NCBI GenBank assembly: GCA_963728805.1
Contig: CAVSLE010000002.1
Span: 485-64,484 of the forward strand
DNA: 64,000 nt
Direction of reading: 5' to 3'
DNA from: an uncultured Acidobacteriaceae bacterium
Lineage (GTDB): Bacteria; Acidobacteriota; Terriglobia; Terriglobales; Acidobacteriaceae
Part shown: positions 56,444-64,000 of the stretch, in pieces
How positions within the stretch are numbered: position 1 is the stretch's first letter
How the letters are laid out: each line of letters opens with the position of its first letter
Translations under genes and position numbers: made by a program
Notes under the pieces: model-generated
The model's database searches: none
Seen by the model: only the letters and a program-made list of their open reading frames with translations
What the model was told of the DNA's origin: nothing

Positions 56444-59323
56444 ATGAGCGGGACCGACGAGAGCTTCGAGAACCGGATTATCGATGTTTCGGTCATCGAT
56501 CCCGTCTGTGGGATGGCGGTGAATCCGCTTGAGGCCCGCGGCAAGGCGCAGTACGAGGGGCAGACCTACTATTTCTGTTCACCCGGCTGCATGCACAAGT
56601 TTGTGTCCTCGCCCGCCAAGCACCTCTCGGCTGCCAAGGAGGCTCAAAGCGAACCTACACCGCCTGCCAGCTCAGGCAAGAAGCCCGGCAAAGATCCGGT
56701 TTGCGGCATGGATGTAGATGCCTCCAAAGCCGTGGCCTCGGTGGAGTATGAGGGCAAGCTCTATCACTTCTGCTCGCGCGGCTGCGCCGAGAAATTCAAA
56801 GGCTATCCAGAAAAATATCTCTCCCCCAACTACAAGGCCGTCGGGATGCGGGCTGCAAATCGGTGGCGCCCCAGTGCAGATTGACGCCGGCCGCAAGCGG
56901 GTGAAAGACCCGGTTTGCGGGATGAGTGTTGATCCGGCGAAAGCGGCAGCCACTGCGGCGCACGAAGGCAAGACTTATTACTTCTGCAGCCCAGGATGCG
57001 GTGAGAAATTCAAAGCTGATCCGCAGAAGTATCTTTCAGCAAGCGACACGCCGAAAATTCTCGCCGTCGAAGCGGTGGAGCAAAGCAAGACCGCAAGCGC
57101 GCCGACTGGAACCAGCTACGTCTGTCCCATGGATCCGGAGGTCCGCCAACCCAGACCAGGCGCATGTCCCAAGTGCGGCATGGCACTGGAGCCCGACATT
57201 CCCGTGGCCGCGACCAAGACCCTGTGGACCTGCCCGATGCATCCCGAGATCGTTCGCGATGGGCCTGGTAGCTGTCCGATTTGCGGCATGGCGCTGGAAC
57301 CGAAGACGGTCACCAGACGCAGGAAGAGAATCCCGAATTACGCGACATGACGCGGCGCTTCTGGACCAGCGTGCTGCTCGGCGTTCCGCTCGTGGCCTAC
57401 GCGATGCTGCGCATGGGGCCACTGGCGCACACCTTCACGCCGCGTGTCGGCACGTTCCTTGAGTTCGCGCTGGCAACTCCCATCGTATGGTGGTGCGGCT
57501 CGCCTTTCTTTGAACGCGGCTGGGCGTCGGTAAAATTCCGCAGCCCGAACATGTTCACGCTGATCGCCATGGGCGTCGGCGTGGCCTACGCCTACAGCGC
57601 GGCCGCCACCATCGCTCCGCAAATCTTCCCACCCTCCATGCGCGTGATGGATGGCCAGCCGGAGGTGTATTTCGAGGCTGCGGCGGCAATCGTTGTTCTT
57701 GTGCTGCTGGGGCAAGTCCTGGAGCTGCGCGCGCGCAGCCGCACCAGCAGTGCCATCCGCGCGCTGCTTGATCTCTCGCCCAAGCTGGCGCGCATCATGC
57801 GCGACGACGGCAGCGAGTATGACGTCCCGCTCGAGCAGGTGAAGGTCGGGGACAAGCTGCGGGTGCGCCCGGGCGAAAAGATCCCGGTCGACGGCATCGT
57901 GGTCGACGGCCTCAGTGCGGTGGACGAGTCGATGGTGACTGGCGAAGCTATGCCGGTCGAAAAGCGCGCCGGCGACAAGGTTGTCGGCGGAACGGTAAAC
58001 GGTACCGGTTGGTTGCTGATGCGCGCCGAGCGCGTGGGCAGCGAAACGCTGCTGGCGCAAATTGTGCAGATGGTGAGCAACGCGCAACGCAGTCGCGCGC
58101 CCATTCAGCGGCTGGCCGACAAAGTTGCGGGCTGGTTCGTTCCGGTGGTACTGGCGGTGGCGGTGATCACGTTTGTAGTGTGGCTCATCGTAGGACCGCA
58201 ACCGCGGCTGGCCTACGCCCTGGTAAATGCAGTTGCGGTGCTGATCATCGCCTGTCCCTGCGCTCTCGGCCTGGCGACACCGATGGCGATCATGGTTGGT
58301 ACGGGGCGTGGCGCGCGCGCCGGCATTCTGATCAAGAACGCGGAGGCGCTGGAGACACTGGAGAAGGTTGACACGCTGGCGCTCGACAAAACCGGCACGC
58401 TAACCCGGGGCAAGCCGGAACTGATGTCGGTGGTCGCGGTTGGCGACGAGACCGACGACCGTATTGTCCGGCTGGTGGCCAGTCTGGAGCAGGGCAGCGA
58501 ACATCCGCTGGGGGCCGCGATCGTCGAGGCTGCTCAATCCAACGGACTCCACCTGATGCCGGCGGAAGAATTCCGCTCGCTCACTGGACGTGGTGTCGTC
58601 GGCCGGGTCGGAGGCCATGAAGTCGCGGCGGGAAATGAGGCTCTGCTGCTAGAGATGGGAGTCGATGCCAGTGAGCTGAAGGCCAAGGCCGAAACTATGC
58701 GGCACGATGGCTAGACGGTGGTCTTTGCGGCCGTGGATGGCCGCATCGCCGGACTGCTGGGCGTCGCCGATCCAGTGAAGCCGGAAGCGCTGCAAGCTAT
58801 TCGCGAGTTGCGCAAAGAAGGTTTACGCATAGTCATGTTGACCGGCGACAGCCAGACCACGGCCGAGGCAGTGGCCAGGCAGTTCGGCATTACCGAGTTT
58901 CAAGCCGGAGTGTTGCCCGGCCAAAAGGCCGACGCGGTGAAGAAGCTGCAAGAGCAGGGAAGAGTGGTCGCGATGGCGGGCGATGGCATCAACGATGCTC
59001 CCGCGCTGGCGCAAGCTGAGGTGGGCATTGCCATGGGCACGGGCACGGATGTTGCCGTGGAAAGCGCCGGCATCACGCTTCTGAAGGGCGACCTGACGGC
59101 GCTGGTGCGCGCCCGCCGCCTCAGCCGTGCCGTCATGCGGAACATTCGGCAGAACCTGTTCTTCGCGTTTATCTACAACTCGCTGGGCGTGCCGATCGCA
59201 GCGGGCATCCTGTATCCCAAGTTCGGCATATTGCTGAGCCCGATCTTCGCGGCGGCTGCCATGAGCTTCAGCTCGGTCTCGGTGATTACCAATGCGCTAA
59301 GGTTGAGAAGAGTGAAGCTGTAA
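56444..59323 (+). pseudogene. copA: Copper/silver-type P1B-ATPase (CopA-like) with 3 TRASH/YHS-type and 2 CPxxP...CPxCGM-type N-terminal metal modules; 2 frameshifts and 1 in-frame TAG
   Basis: Four consecutive ORFs cover one gene. 56444..56884 holds two DPVCGM...FCS.GC..KF modules. 56718..57350 holds a third, plus CPMDPEV..CPKCGMALEP and [18 protein letters not shown]. 57281..58714 holds [31 protein letters not shown] and DKTGTLT. 58718..59323 holds [10 protein letters not shown]. Frame changes occur near 56845 and near 57308, and a TAG sits at 58712-58714 where homologues read DG-Q-TV. Confidence 0.85.
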
Positions 59324-59330
59324 GCGGCCT

Positions 59331-59819
59331 CTACATCTTCTTCAAGTAATCCACGATCTCCGGGCTGGTCCACTCCTGCGCGCCGATGAATTTGCGGACG
59401 ATCTTGCCGTTGCGGTCGATCACGTAGGTTTCAGGAAACTTGAAGGTGCCGTAAAGACCGTTCGCTTTCTGCCCGCTGTCGCGGACGGTGAGCAGATCGA
59501 CGTTGTGGTCGCGCACGAACTGTTTGTACGCGCTGTCATCGTCGTCCTCGCTGACGGCGATGATCGTCACCTTGTCGCCTAGTTGCTTCTGCAATTGCAC
59601 CAGCGACGGCATCTCCTGAATGCACGGCGGGCACCAGGTTGCCCAGAAGTTGAGCACCACCGGCTTGCCTTGAAATTGATTGAGCGCAACTGTGCGCTGC
59701 GAATCAGTGATGGTGAACTCGGGCGCGGGGCTGCCAATGCGCGGCGGACGCGAGCCGCTATTGCATGCCGCGAGCACTGCCAGGCAAACCAGAAGGGTCG
59801 AGGAAATAAGGCTCTTCAC
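59331..59819 (-). CDS. TlpA-like thiol:disulfide oxidoreductase (redoxin), probable lipoprotein
   Basis: WATWCPPC active site. N-terminus VKSLISSTLLVCLAVLAACNSG with a lipobox. The GTG at 59819 is preferred, because the ATG at 59882 would overlap the divergent GT2 start. Confidence 0.8.
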   Translation of the reverse strand: MKSLISSTLLVCLAVLAACNSGSRPPRIGSPAPEFTITDSQRTVALNQFQGKPVVLNFWATWCPPCIQEMPSLVQLQKQLGDKVTIIAVSEDDDDSAYKQFVRDHNVDLLTVRDSGQKANGLYGTFKFPETYVIDRNGKIVRKFIGAQEWTSPEIVDYLKKM

Positions 59820-59880
59820 AGACCTATGATAATCGATAATCCACGCGGGCAGGTGCACTCGTCTGGTACCCTCTATCTGC

Positions 59881-60948
59881 ATGGATCAAGGCGAAACCAC
59901 GCCCGAAATCTCGGTCATCGTTCCTGCGCGCAACGAAGAGGCCTGTCTGACGGAATGCTTGCGCTCGCTGGTTGGCCAGCAGGGGCCTGCTTACGAGATC
60001 ATCGTGGTGGACGACCACTCGACCGACGACACCTGCGCCATTGCCCAAAGTTTTCCGGTGAAGGTAATCAGCGCCGGTGAATTGCCGGCTGGTTGGAGCG
60101 GCAAGTGCAATGCCGCCTGGAGCGGAGCGAAAGTTGCGAAAGGGAAGTGGCTGCTTTTTACCGATGCTGACACCCGGCACTCGCCAGACTCCATCGCGCG
60201 TGGCTGGCAGGAGGCGAAAGAGAATAGCGCGGACATGCTCTCCTATTCGCCCAGGCAGGAAGTGCACGGATTAGCTGAGCGCGCGTTGATGCCGGTCATC
60301 TTCGCCGAACTGGCGGCGACCTATCCGCCCAAGGAGGTGTGCGACCCGAAGTCGCCGGTGGCCGCTGCCAACGGACAATACCTGCTCATTCGGCGCGAGG
60401 CCTATGACGCGGTGGGTGGCCACGCCGCCGTTGCGACTGCGCTTCTGGAGGACGTCGAACTGGCAACACGGCTGAAGCAAGCGGGATTCGCTTTACGCTT
60501 TGGCATGTCCGACGCAGTCAGCACCCGAATGTATCGCAGCTTTCCGCAGATGTGGGAAGGCTGGACCAAGAACCTGGCGCTGCTGTTTCCCAAGCCGCGA
60601 AGACTGGCATTGTGGCGGGCCTTTGAGTTCGTCGCCATCCTGGCCATCCTGACATTTGCGATTGTCTCGTTGATCCAGGATGACATGATCAACTTCTTTG
60701 TCGCGGCGGCGGTGACCGTGCAATGGCTTTATCTTTTCGGAAAGCGGATTGCCCGCGCCCATTTTGACGGGCTGTCCAACGCGCTGGCATTCTTTGGATT
60801 GCCGCTTTTTGCGGTACTTTTGCTCAATTCCAGCATCTCTCATGAGAAGGGAACTGTTCGCTGGAAGGGACGCGAGTATTCTGGTGCGGGGCATGTTCAA
60901 CCCGCGGACGAAACAGCAGTCACCGCTGAAAATACGCCGGCGCGCTAA
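59881..60948 (+). CDS. Family 2 glycosyltransferase with C-terminal TM helices
   Basis: GT-A motifs (SVIVPARNEE, IIVVDDHSTDDT, FTDADTRH, E.Y..VGG). Hydrophobic C-terminal third. Confidence 0.75.
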   Translation: MDQGETTPEISVIVPARNEEACLTECLRSLVGQQGPAYEIIVVDDHSTDDTCAIAQSFPVKVISAGELPAGWSGKCNAAWSGAKVAKGKWLLFTDADTRHSPDSIARGWQEAKENSADMLSYSPRQEVHGLAERALMPVIFAELAATYPPKEVCDPKSPVAAANGQYLLIRREAYDAVGGHAAVATALLEDVELATRLKQAGFALRFGMSDAVSTRMYRSFPQMWEGWTKNLALLFPKPRRLALWRAFEFVAILAILTFAIVSLIQDDMINFFVAAAVTVQWLYLFGKRIARAHFDGLSNALAFFGLPLFAVLLLNSSISHEKGTVRWKGREYSGAGHVQPADETAVTAENTPAR

Positions 60949-60988
60949 CCCGGATGCACTACCTCAGGCGTAAGCCCATCAGGAAAAC

Positions 60989-61399
60989 ATGGTCTATCTA
61001 ACCCGCAAGTGTGAGTTTTCCGCGTCGCATTATTATCACAACCCCGAATTCTCGGCGGAGGAAAACCAGCGCATTTTCGGCAAATGTGCCAACCTGAACG
61101 GCCACGGGCACAACTACACCCTCGAAGTGACGGTGAAGGGCGAGGTGGATCCCAAGACTGGCTTTGTGGTGGATCTGAAGCAACTCAAGGACATCTTGAA
61201 CCGCGAGGTGCTGGAGGCGCTCGATCATCGTCACTTGAATAAGGAAGTGCCGGAATTCCTGCAACAAATCCCTACCACCGAGAACCTTGCCATTGCCATC
61301 TGGAAGCGGCTGCAAGGCAAGTTGCAGGTGGCCAAGCTGCATCGCGTGCGCGTATATGAATTGCCCGATCTCTTCGTCGATTTCTACGGGGAAGCATGA
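60989..61399 (+). CDS. 6-pyruvoyl-tetrahydropterin synthase / QueD-family protein, copy 1
   Basis: CEFSASHYYH...FGKCANLNGHGHNYTLEVTV...DHRHLN...TTENLA. Carries the Cys and His-triad pattern of PTPS. Confidence 0.85.
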   Translation: MVYLTRKCEFSASHYYHNPEFSAEENQRIFGKCANLNGHGHNYTLEVTVKGEVDPKTGFVVDLKQLKDILNREVLEALDHRHLNKEVPEFLQQIPTTENLAIAIWKRLQGKLQVAKLHRVRVYELPDLFVDFYGEA

Positions 61400-61851
61400 A
61401 AGTCCATTTGACACGGCGGTATCTGTTTTCGGCATCCCACCGTTTGCATTCCGACGAGCTGTCCGAATCGGAGAACCAGGCGACTTACGGCAAGTGCAAT
61501 AACCCCCACGGACACGGCCACAACTACGCACTCGAGGTCACGGTGAGCGGACAGGTCAATCCGCAGACCGGAATGGTATGCGACCTGGTTGAGTTGGACC
61601 ACGCCGTCCAACGTGAAGTGTTGGAGCGCTTCGATCACGAGAACTTGAATGCCCATCAGGAATTCGCAGCGATCGTCCCCACCACCGAAAACCTGAGCGA
61701 GGTCATCTTCAACATTTTGAAGCAAAGCTTTAGGGCGGCTCATCTTGAAAAGGTAAGGCTCGAAGAGACCATGATGAACAGCTTTGAGTACGCCGGGGGA
61801 GCTCGGAGGTTACGCGCGATGAAGCCCTGGGAGAACGAAGAAGAGAACTAA
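61396..61851 (+). CDS. 6-pyruvoyl-tetrahydropterin synthase / QueD-family protein, copy 2
   Basis: YLFSASHRLHS...YGKCNNPHGHGHNYALEVTV...DHENLN...TTENLS. From memory, very close to the animal PTPS signature GKCNNPNGHGHNY. Its ATG overlaps the copy 1 stop. Confidence 0.85.
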   Translation: MKVHLTRRYLFSASHRLHSDELSESENQATYGKCNNPHGHGHNYALEVTVSGQVNPQTGMVCDLVELDHAVQREVLERFDHENLNAHQEFAAIVPTTENLSEVIFNILKQSFRAAHLEKVRLEETMMNSFEYAGGARRLRAMKPWENEEEN

Positions 61852-61901
61852 TCTGAAAGCCGACCCTGACCAGCGCCAGCTTTGAAGATCTGGCGCGCGA
61901 G

Positions 61902-62438
61902 ATGCTGGTTCGCCTGGGCGAGCAACCCAATCGCGAGGGCCTGTTGAAGACGCCGGAGCGCTTCGCCAGCGCCCTGCAGTATCTGACGAAGGGTTATAAC
62001 GAAGATCCGGAAGAAATGCTGAAGTCTGCACTGTTCACCGTGGACTACGACGAGATGGTGATCGTGAAGGACATCGAAATGTTCAGCCTTTGCGAGCATC
62101 ACGTGCTGCCGTTCTTCGGCAAGGTCCATGTGGCTTATATTCCCAAAGGCAAAGTGATCGGCCTGAGCAAAGTTCCGCGCCTGGTGGAAGTATTCGCCCG
62201 CCGTCTGCAGGTGCAGGAGCGGTTGACCGTGCAAATTGCGGAGACGATTCAGAAAACCATTCAACCGCTGGGCGTCGGAGTGGTCATCGAGGCCCGCCAC
62301 CTCTGCATGATGATGCGCGGTGTCGAGAAACAGCATTCTGCCACAGTCACGTCGTCCATGCTGGGGGCCTTCCGCGCGCAACAAACCCGTCAGGAATTCT
62401 TGTCGCTGATCCACGCCAAGAGCGGCAACGGAATCTAA
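61902..62438 (+). CDS. folE: GTP cyclohydrolase I (FolE type)
   Basis: [12 protein letters not shown]...[21 protein letters not shown]...GLSK.PR...RLQVQERLT. The true start may be a non-ATG codon a few codons upstream. Confidence 0.9.
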   Translation: MLVRLGEQPNREGLLKTPERFASALQYLTKGYNEDPEEMLKSALFTVDYDEMVIVKDIEMFSLCEHHVLPFFGKVHVAYIPKGKVIGLSKVPRLVEVFARRLQVQERLTVQIAETIQKTIQPLGVGVVIEARHLCMMMRGVEKQHSATVTSSMLGAFRAQQTRQEFLSLIHAKSGNGI

Positions 62439-62441
62439 TCC

Positions 62442-63257
62442 ATGGCTGCGAAGAAGCCGCAGTCCAAAAGCAAAACCAAAGCACACGCCGACAAACCGCG
62501 GCCCGACAGCGCCCGCCTGCTTGGAAAGCTGGCAGTTGTAACCGGCGCCAGCCGTGGCATCGGCTTCGCCATTGCCCGCGCGCTGGCCGTGGAAGGCTGC
62601 AGTCTGGTGATTACGGGCCGCGACAGCTCGAAGCTCTCCGAAAGTGCGGCTGAACTCAGGCATGTCCTTCCCGGGAAATCGCAGGCGCATGACAACAGGG
62701 ACGCTCAGGTTGTCGCCGAGGTTTGCGACGTTCGCGATTCGGATTCGGTGGCGTCGCTGTTCGCAATGGTCAAGCAGCGCTTCGGCAACATCGATGTGCT
62801 GGTGAACAATGCAGGAACTGCTCAGCCGGCGGTTTCGATCGAGCAAACCAGCCTCGACGTCTGGCGGGACGCAGTCGACACTAACCTCACCGGCTTGTTT
62901 CTCTGCACGCGGGCCGCGCTCCCTCTCATGCGGCCGGGCGCGACCATCATTAACAATCTTTCGGTCGCGGCCAGGACCGTCTTTCCCAATTTTGCCGCCT
63001 ACAACGCCTCCAAACACGGCGCGCTGGGCTTTACCTTGTCGCTGCGCGACGAGCTCATTCCTCGCGGCATTCGCGTGGTCGCCCTTATGCCTGGGGCCAC
63101 CGATACGGATTTGTGGCAGCAATTCTGGCCTGACGCGCCACGCGAACGAATGATCGACGTGGAGAGCGTCGCCCAGGCCGCGCTCTACGCGGTGCTGCTG
63201 CCGCCGAATGCGAACCTCTCAGAGATCGTACTGGCGCCGACGGGTGGGGCGCTGTAG
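62442..63257 (+). CDS. Short-chain dehydrogenase/reductase (SDR), candidate sepiapterin-reductase-like enzyme
   Basis: TGASRGIG cofactor motif, NNAG, and the YNASK catalytic motif. Starts 3 nt after the folE stop. Confidence 0.8.
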   Translation: MAAKKPQSKSKTKAHADKPRPDSARLLGKLAVVTGASRGIGFAIARALAVEGCSLVITGRDSSKLSESAAELRHVLPGKSQAHDNRDAQVVAEVCDVRDSDSVASLFAMVKQRFGNIDVLVNNAGTAQPAVSIEQTSLDVWRDAVDTNLTGLFLCTRAALPLMRPGATIINNLSVAARTVFPNFAAYNASKHGALGFTLSLRDELIPRGIRVVALMPGATDTDLWQQFWPDAPRERMIDVESVAQAALYAVLLPPNANLSEIVLAPTGGAL

Positions 63258-63263
63258 GGGCCG

Positions 63264-63319
63264 TTTTTCGCTCTACGCTATTCGCCATTGGCTTTTCGGT
63301 GTTCGGTAGTGGCCTGCGC
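63264..63319. repeat. Degenerate 7-nt tandem array (tttttcg ctctacg ctattcg ccattgg cttttcg gtgttcg gtagtgg)
   Basis: Read directly. Starts 7 nt after the SDR stop codon. Confidence 0.7.
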
Positions 63320-63425
63320 TAGCTTCTCTGGAGATCAAGGGGCATAGAGGCGCAACGCCAGATATTCGACTGGGAGCCAGATTTGAAAATCGAGAGCTGG
63401 ACTCAAAAAATTGTTTTGAAACAGG

Positions 63426-63541
63426 GCATGGCTTCAGCCATGCTGTAGGCGGCTCTATAACTGTGCGGGCTTCAGTCCCTGTCCTCAGCGGCTAAAGCCG
63501 TTAGCTTAGATCGCGGTGGCGGCACGACTCGAAGTCGTGCC
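63426..63541. repeat. Cluster of short GC-rich hairpins (REP-like)
   Basis: gcatggc-ttca-gccatgc (63426-63443), agcggc-taaa-gccgtt, and ggcacgac-tcgaa-gtcgtgcc (63521-63541). Confidence 0.6.
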
Positions 63542-63627
63542 CTGATTCAAGTCTGACCTCCGGGGATCTTTGAAAACATAATCCAGCGGACAGCAAAGGG
63601 CGAAAGGCGAACAGCGATTAGCGCATT

Positions 63628-64000
63628 TCACATTCCATAGTGATACCTGCGCGTCCGGGCAGGAAAGATCTTAATCAGCAGCATACCTGCCAGAAAGCCT
63701 CCGACGTGGGCCCAGAAAGCAATTCCACTGGAGTTGCCGGCATGTGCTGCGATCGAGGTGGCTGCCCCGCTGAGAAACTGCGCGACGAACCAGTAGCCGA
63801 GCACGATCCAGGCCGGCAGCCACATGAAGAAGACGAAGAAGAATGGCACCAGAGTCAGCACGCGCGCCCGCGGATATAAAAGGAAGTACGCTCCCATCAC
63901 TCCTGCGATGGCACCGCTGGCTCCGACGCTGGGCACGGTCGAGCCAATGTTGAACAGCGTGTGCAGCAGCGCGGCCGCCACACCGCTGGCGAGGTACAAC
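63628..64000 (-). CDS. Rhomboid-family intramembrane serine protease, N-terminus beyond window edge
   Basis: Catalytic GASGAIAGVMGAY and HVGGFLAGMLL motifs in TM helices. The ORF is open to the window end. Confidence 0.8.
   Translation of the reverse strand, partial: LYLASGVAAALLHTLFNIGSTVPSVGASGAIAGVMGAYFLLYPRARVLTLVPFFFVFFMWLPAWIVLGYWFVAQFLSGAATSIAAHAGNSSGIAFWAHVGGFLAGMLLIKIFPARTRRYHYGM

Noticed and set aside
59820-59882. ATG at 59882 as the start of the TlpA-like gene
   Set aside because: It would overlap the divergent GT2 start codon (59881) and add 21 residues ahead of a typical lipoprotein signal. The GTG at 59819 gives a canonical signal peptide. This is unresolved without N-terminal data.
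61848-63122. 424-aa ORF antisense to folE and the SDR gene
   Set aside because: It spans two well-supported sense genes, has Arg/Gly/His-rich composition and has no motifs.

Overview
This 64 kb window is gene-dense and roughly 58% GC by eye. It looks like a chromosomal segment from an Acidobacteriota-type soil bacterium. That placement is an inference from protein flavour and intergenic repeat families, since no database search was possible.

Main content, left to right:
- An IS110-family transposase cut by the left window edge, then an acyl-CoA ligase.
- A complete selenocysteine-dependent, Tat-exported formate dehydrogenase-N-type locus: fdhE, fdnG (in-frame UGA at 4540), fdnH, fdnI.
- A TolB-like beta-propeller lipoprotein, TPR proteins, an M28 peptidase and a [2Fe-2S] ferredoxin fused to an O-methyltransferase.
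- A small accessory patch at 14.4-18.5 kb: a MerR-like regulator, a zinc-ribbon ORF, a REP-associated tyrosine transposase (RAYT) flanked by mirrored hairpin repeats, and a type II restriction-modification pair in which both genes are disrupted.
- ribBA, an orphan secretin with an Ig-like lipoprotein, an orphan nuoI, a TonB-like protein and a ferritin-like protein.
- A PDZ-containing histidine kinase with a sigma54-type response regulator, placed divergently from an AtoE-like transporter.
- A Ser/Thr kinase followed by a GspG-like pseudopilin, then an alcohol dehydrogenase (ADH), hypFCDE, an aldo/keto reductase (AKR), a CBS protein and rpsA.
- tRNA-Val and tRNA-Asp, a fused ftcD, several secreted hypotheticals, and tRNA-Arg.
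- A copA-type P1B-ATPase broken by two frameshifts and an amber codon, and a TlpA-like redoxin.
- A co-directional GT2, PTPS, PTPS, folE, SDR cluster, and a rhomboid protease cut by the right edge.

Four tRNAs were folded by hand: Gly-CCC, Val-UAC, Asp-GUC and Arg-ACG.

I found no clearly novel multi-gene system such as a defence island. The signals most worth a second look are:
- Degenerate 7-nt tandem arrays, several of which start within a few bases of stop codons and share a sense-strand consensus.
- The RAYT locus and its related hairpin families.
- The tetrahydrobiopterin-like pterin cluster with an adjacent glycosyltransferase.
- The ferredoxin-methyltransferase fusion.
- The concentration of nonsense and frameshift lesions in accessory genes (methyltransferase, endonuclease, copA, a small membrane ORF).

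All functional calls rest on motif recognition by eye and need HMM or BLAST confirmation.
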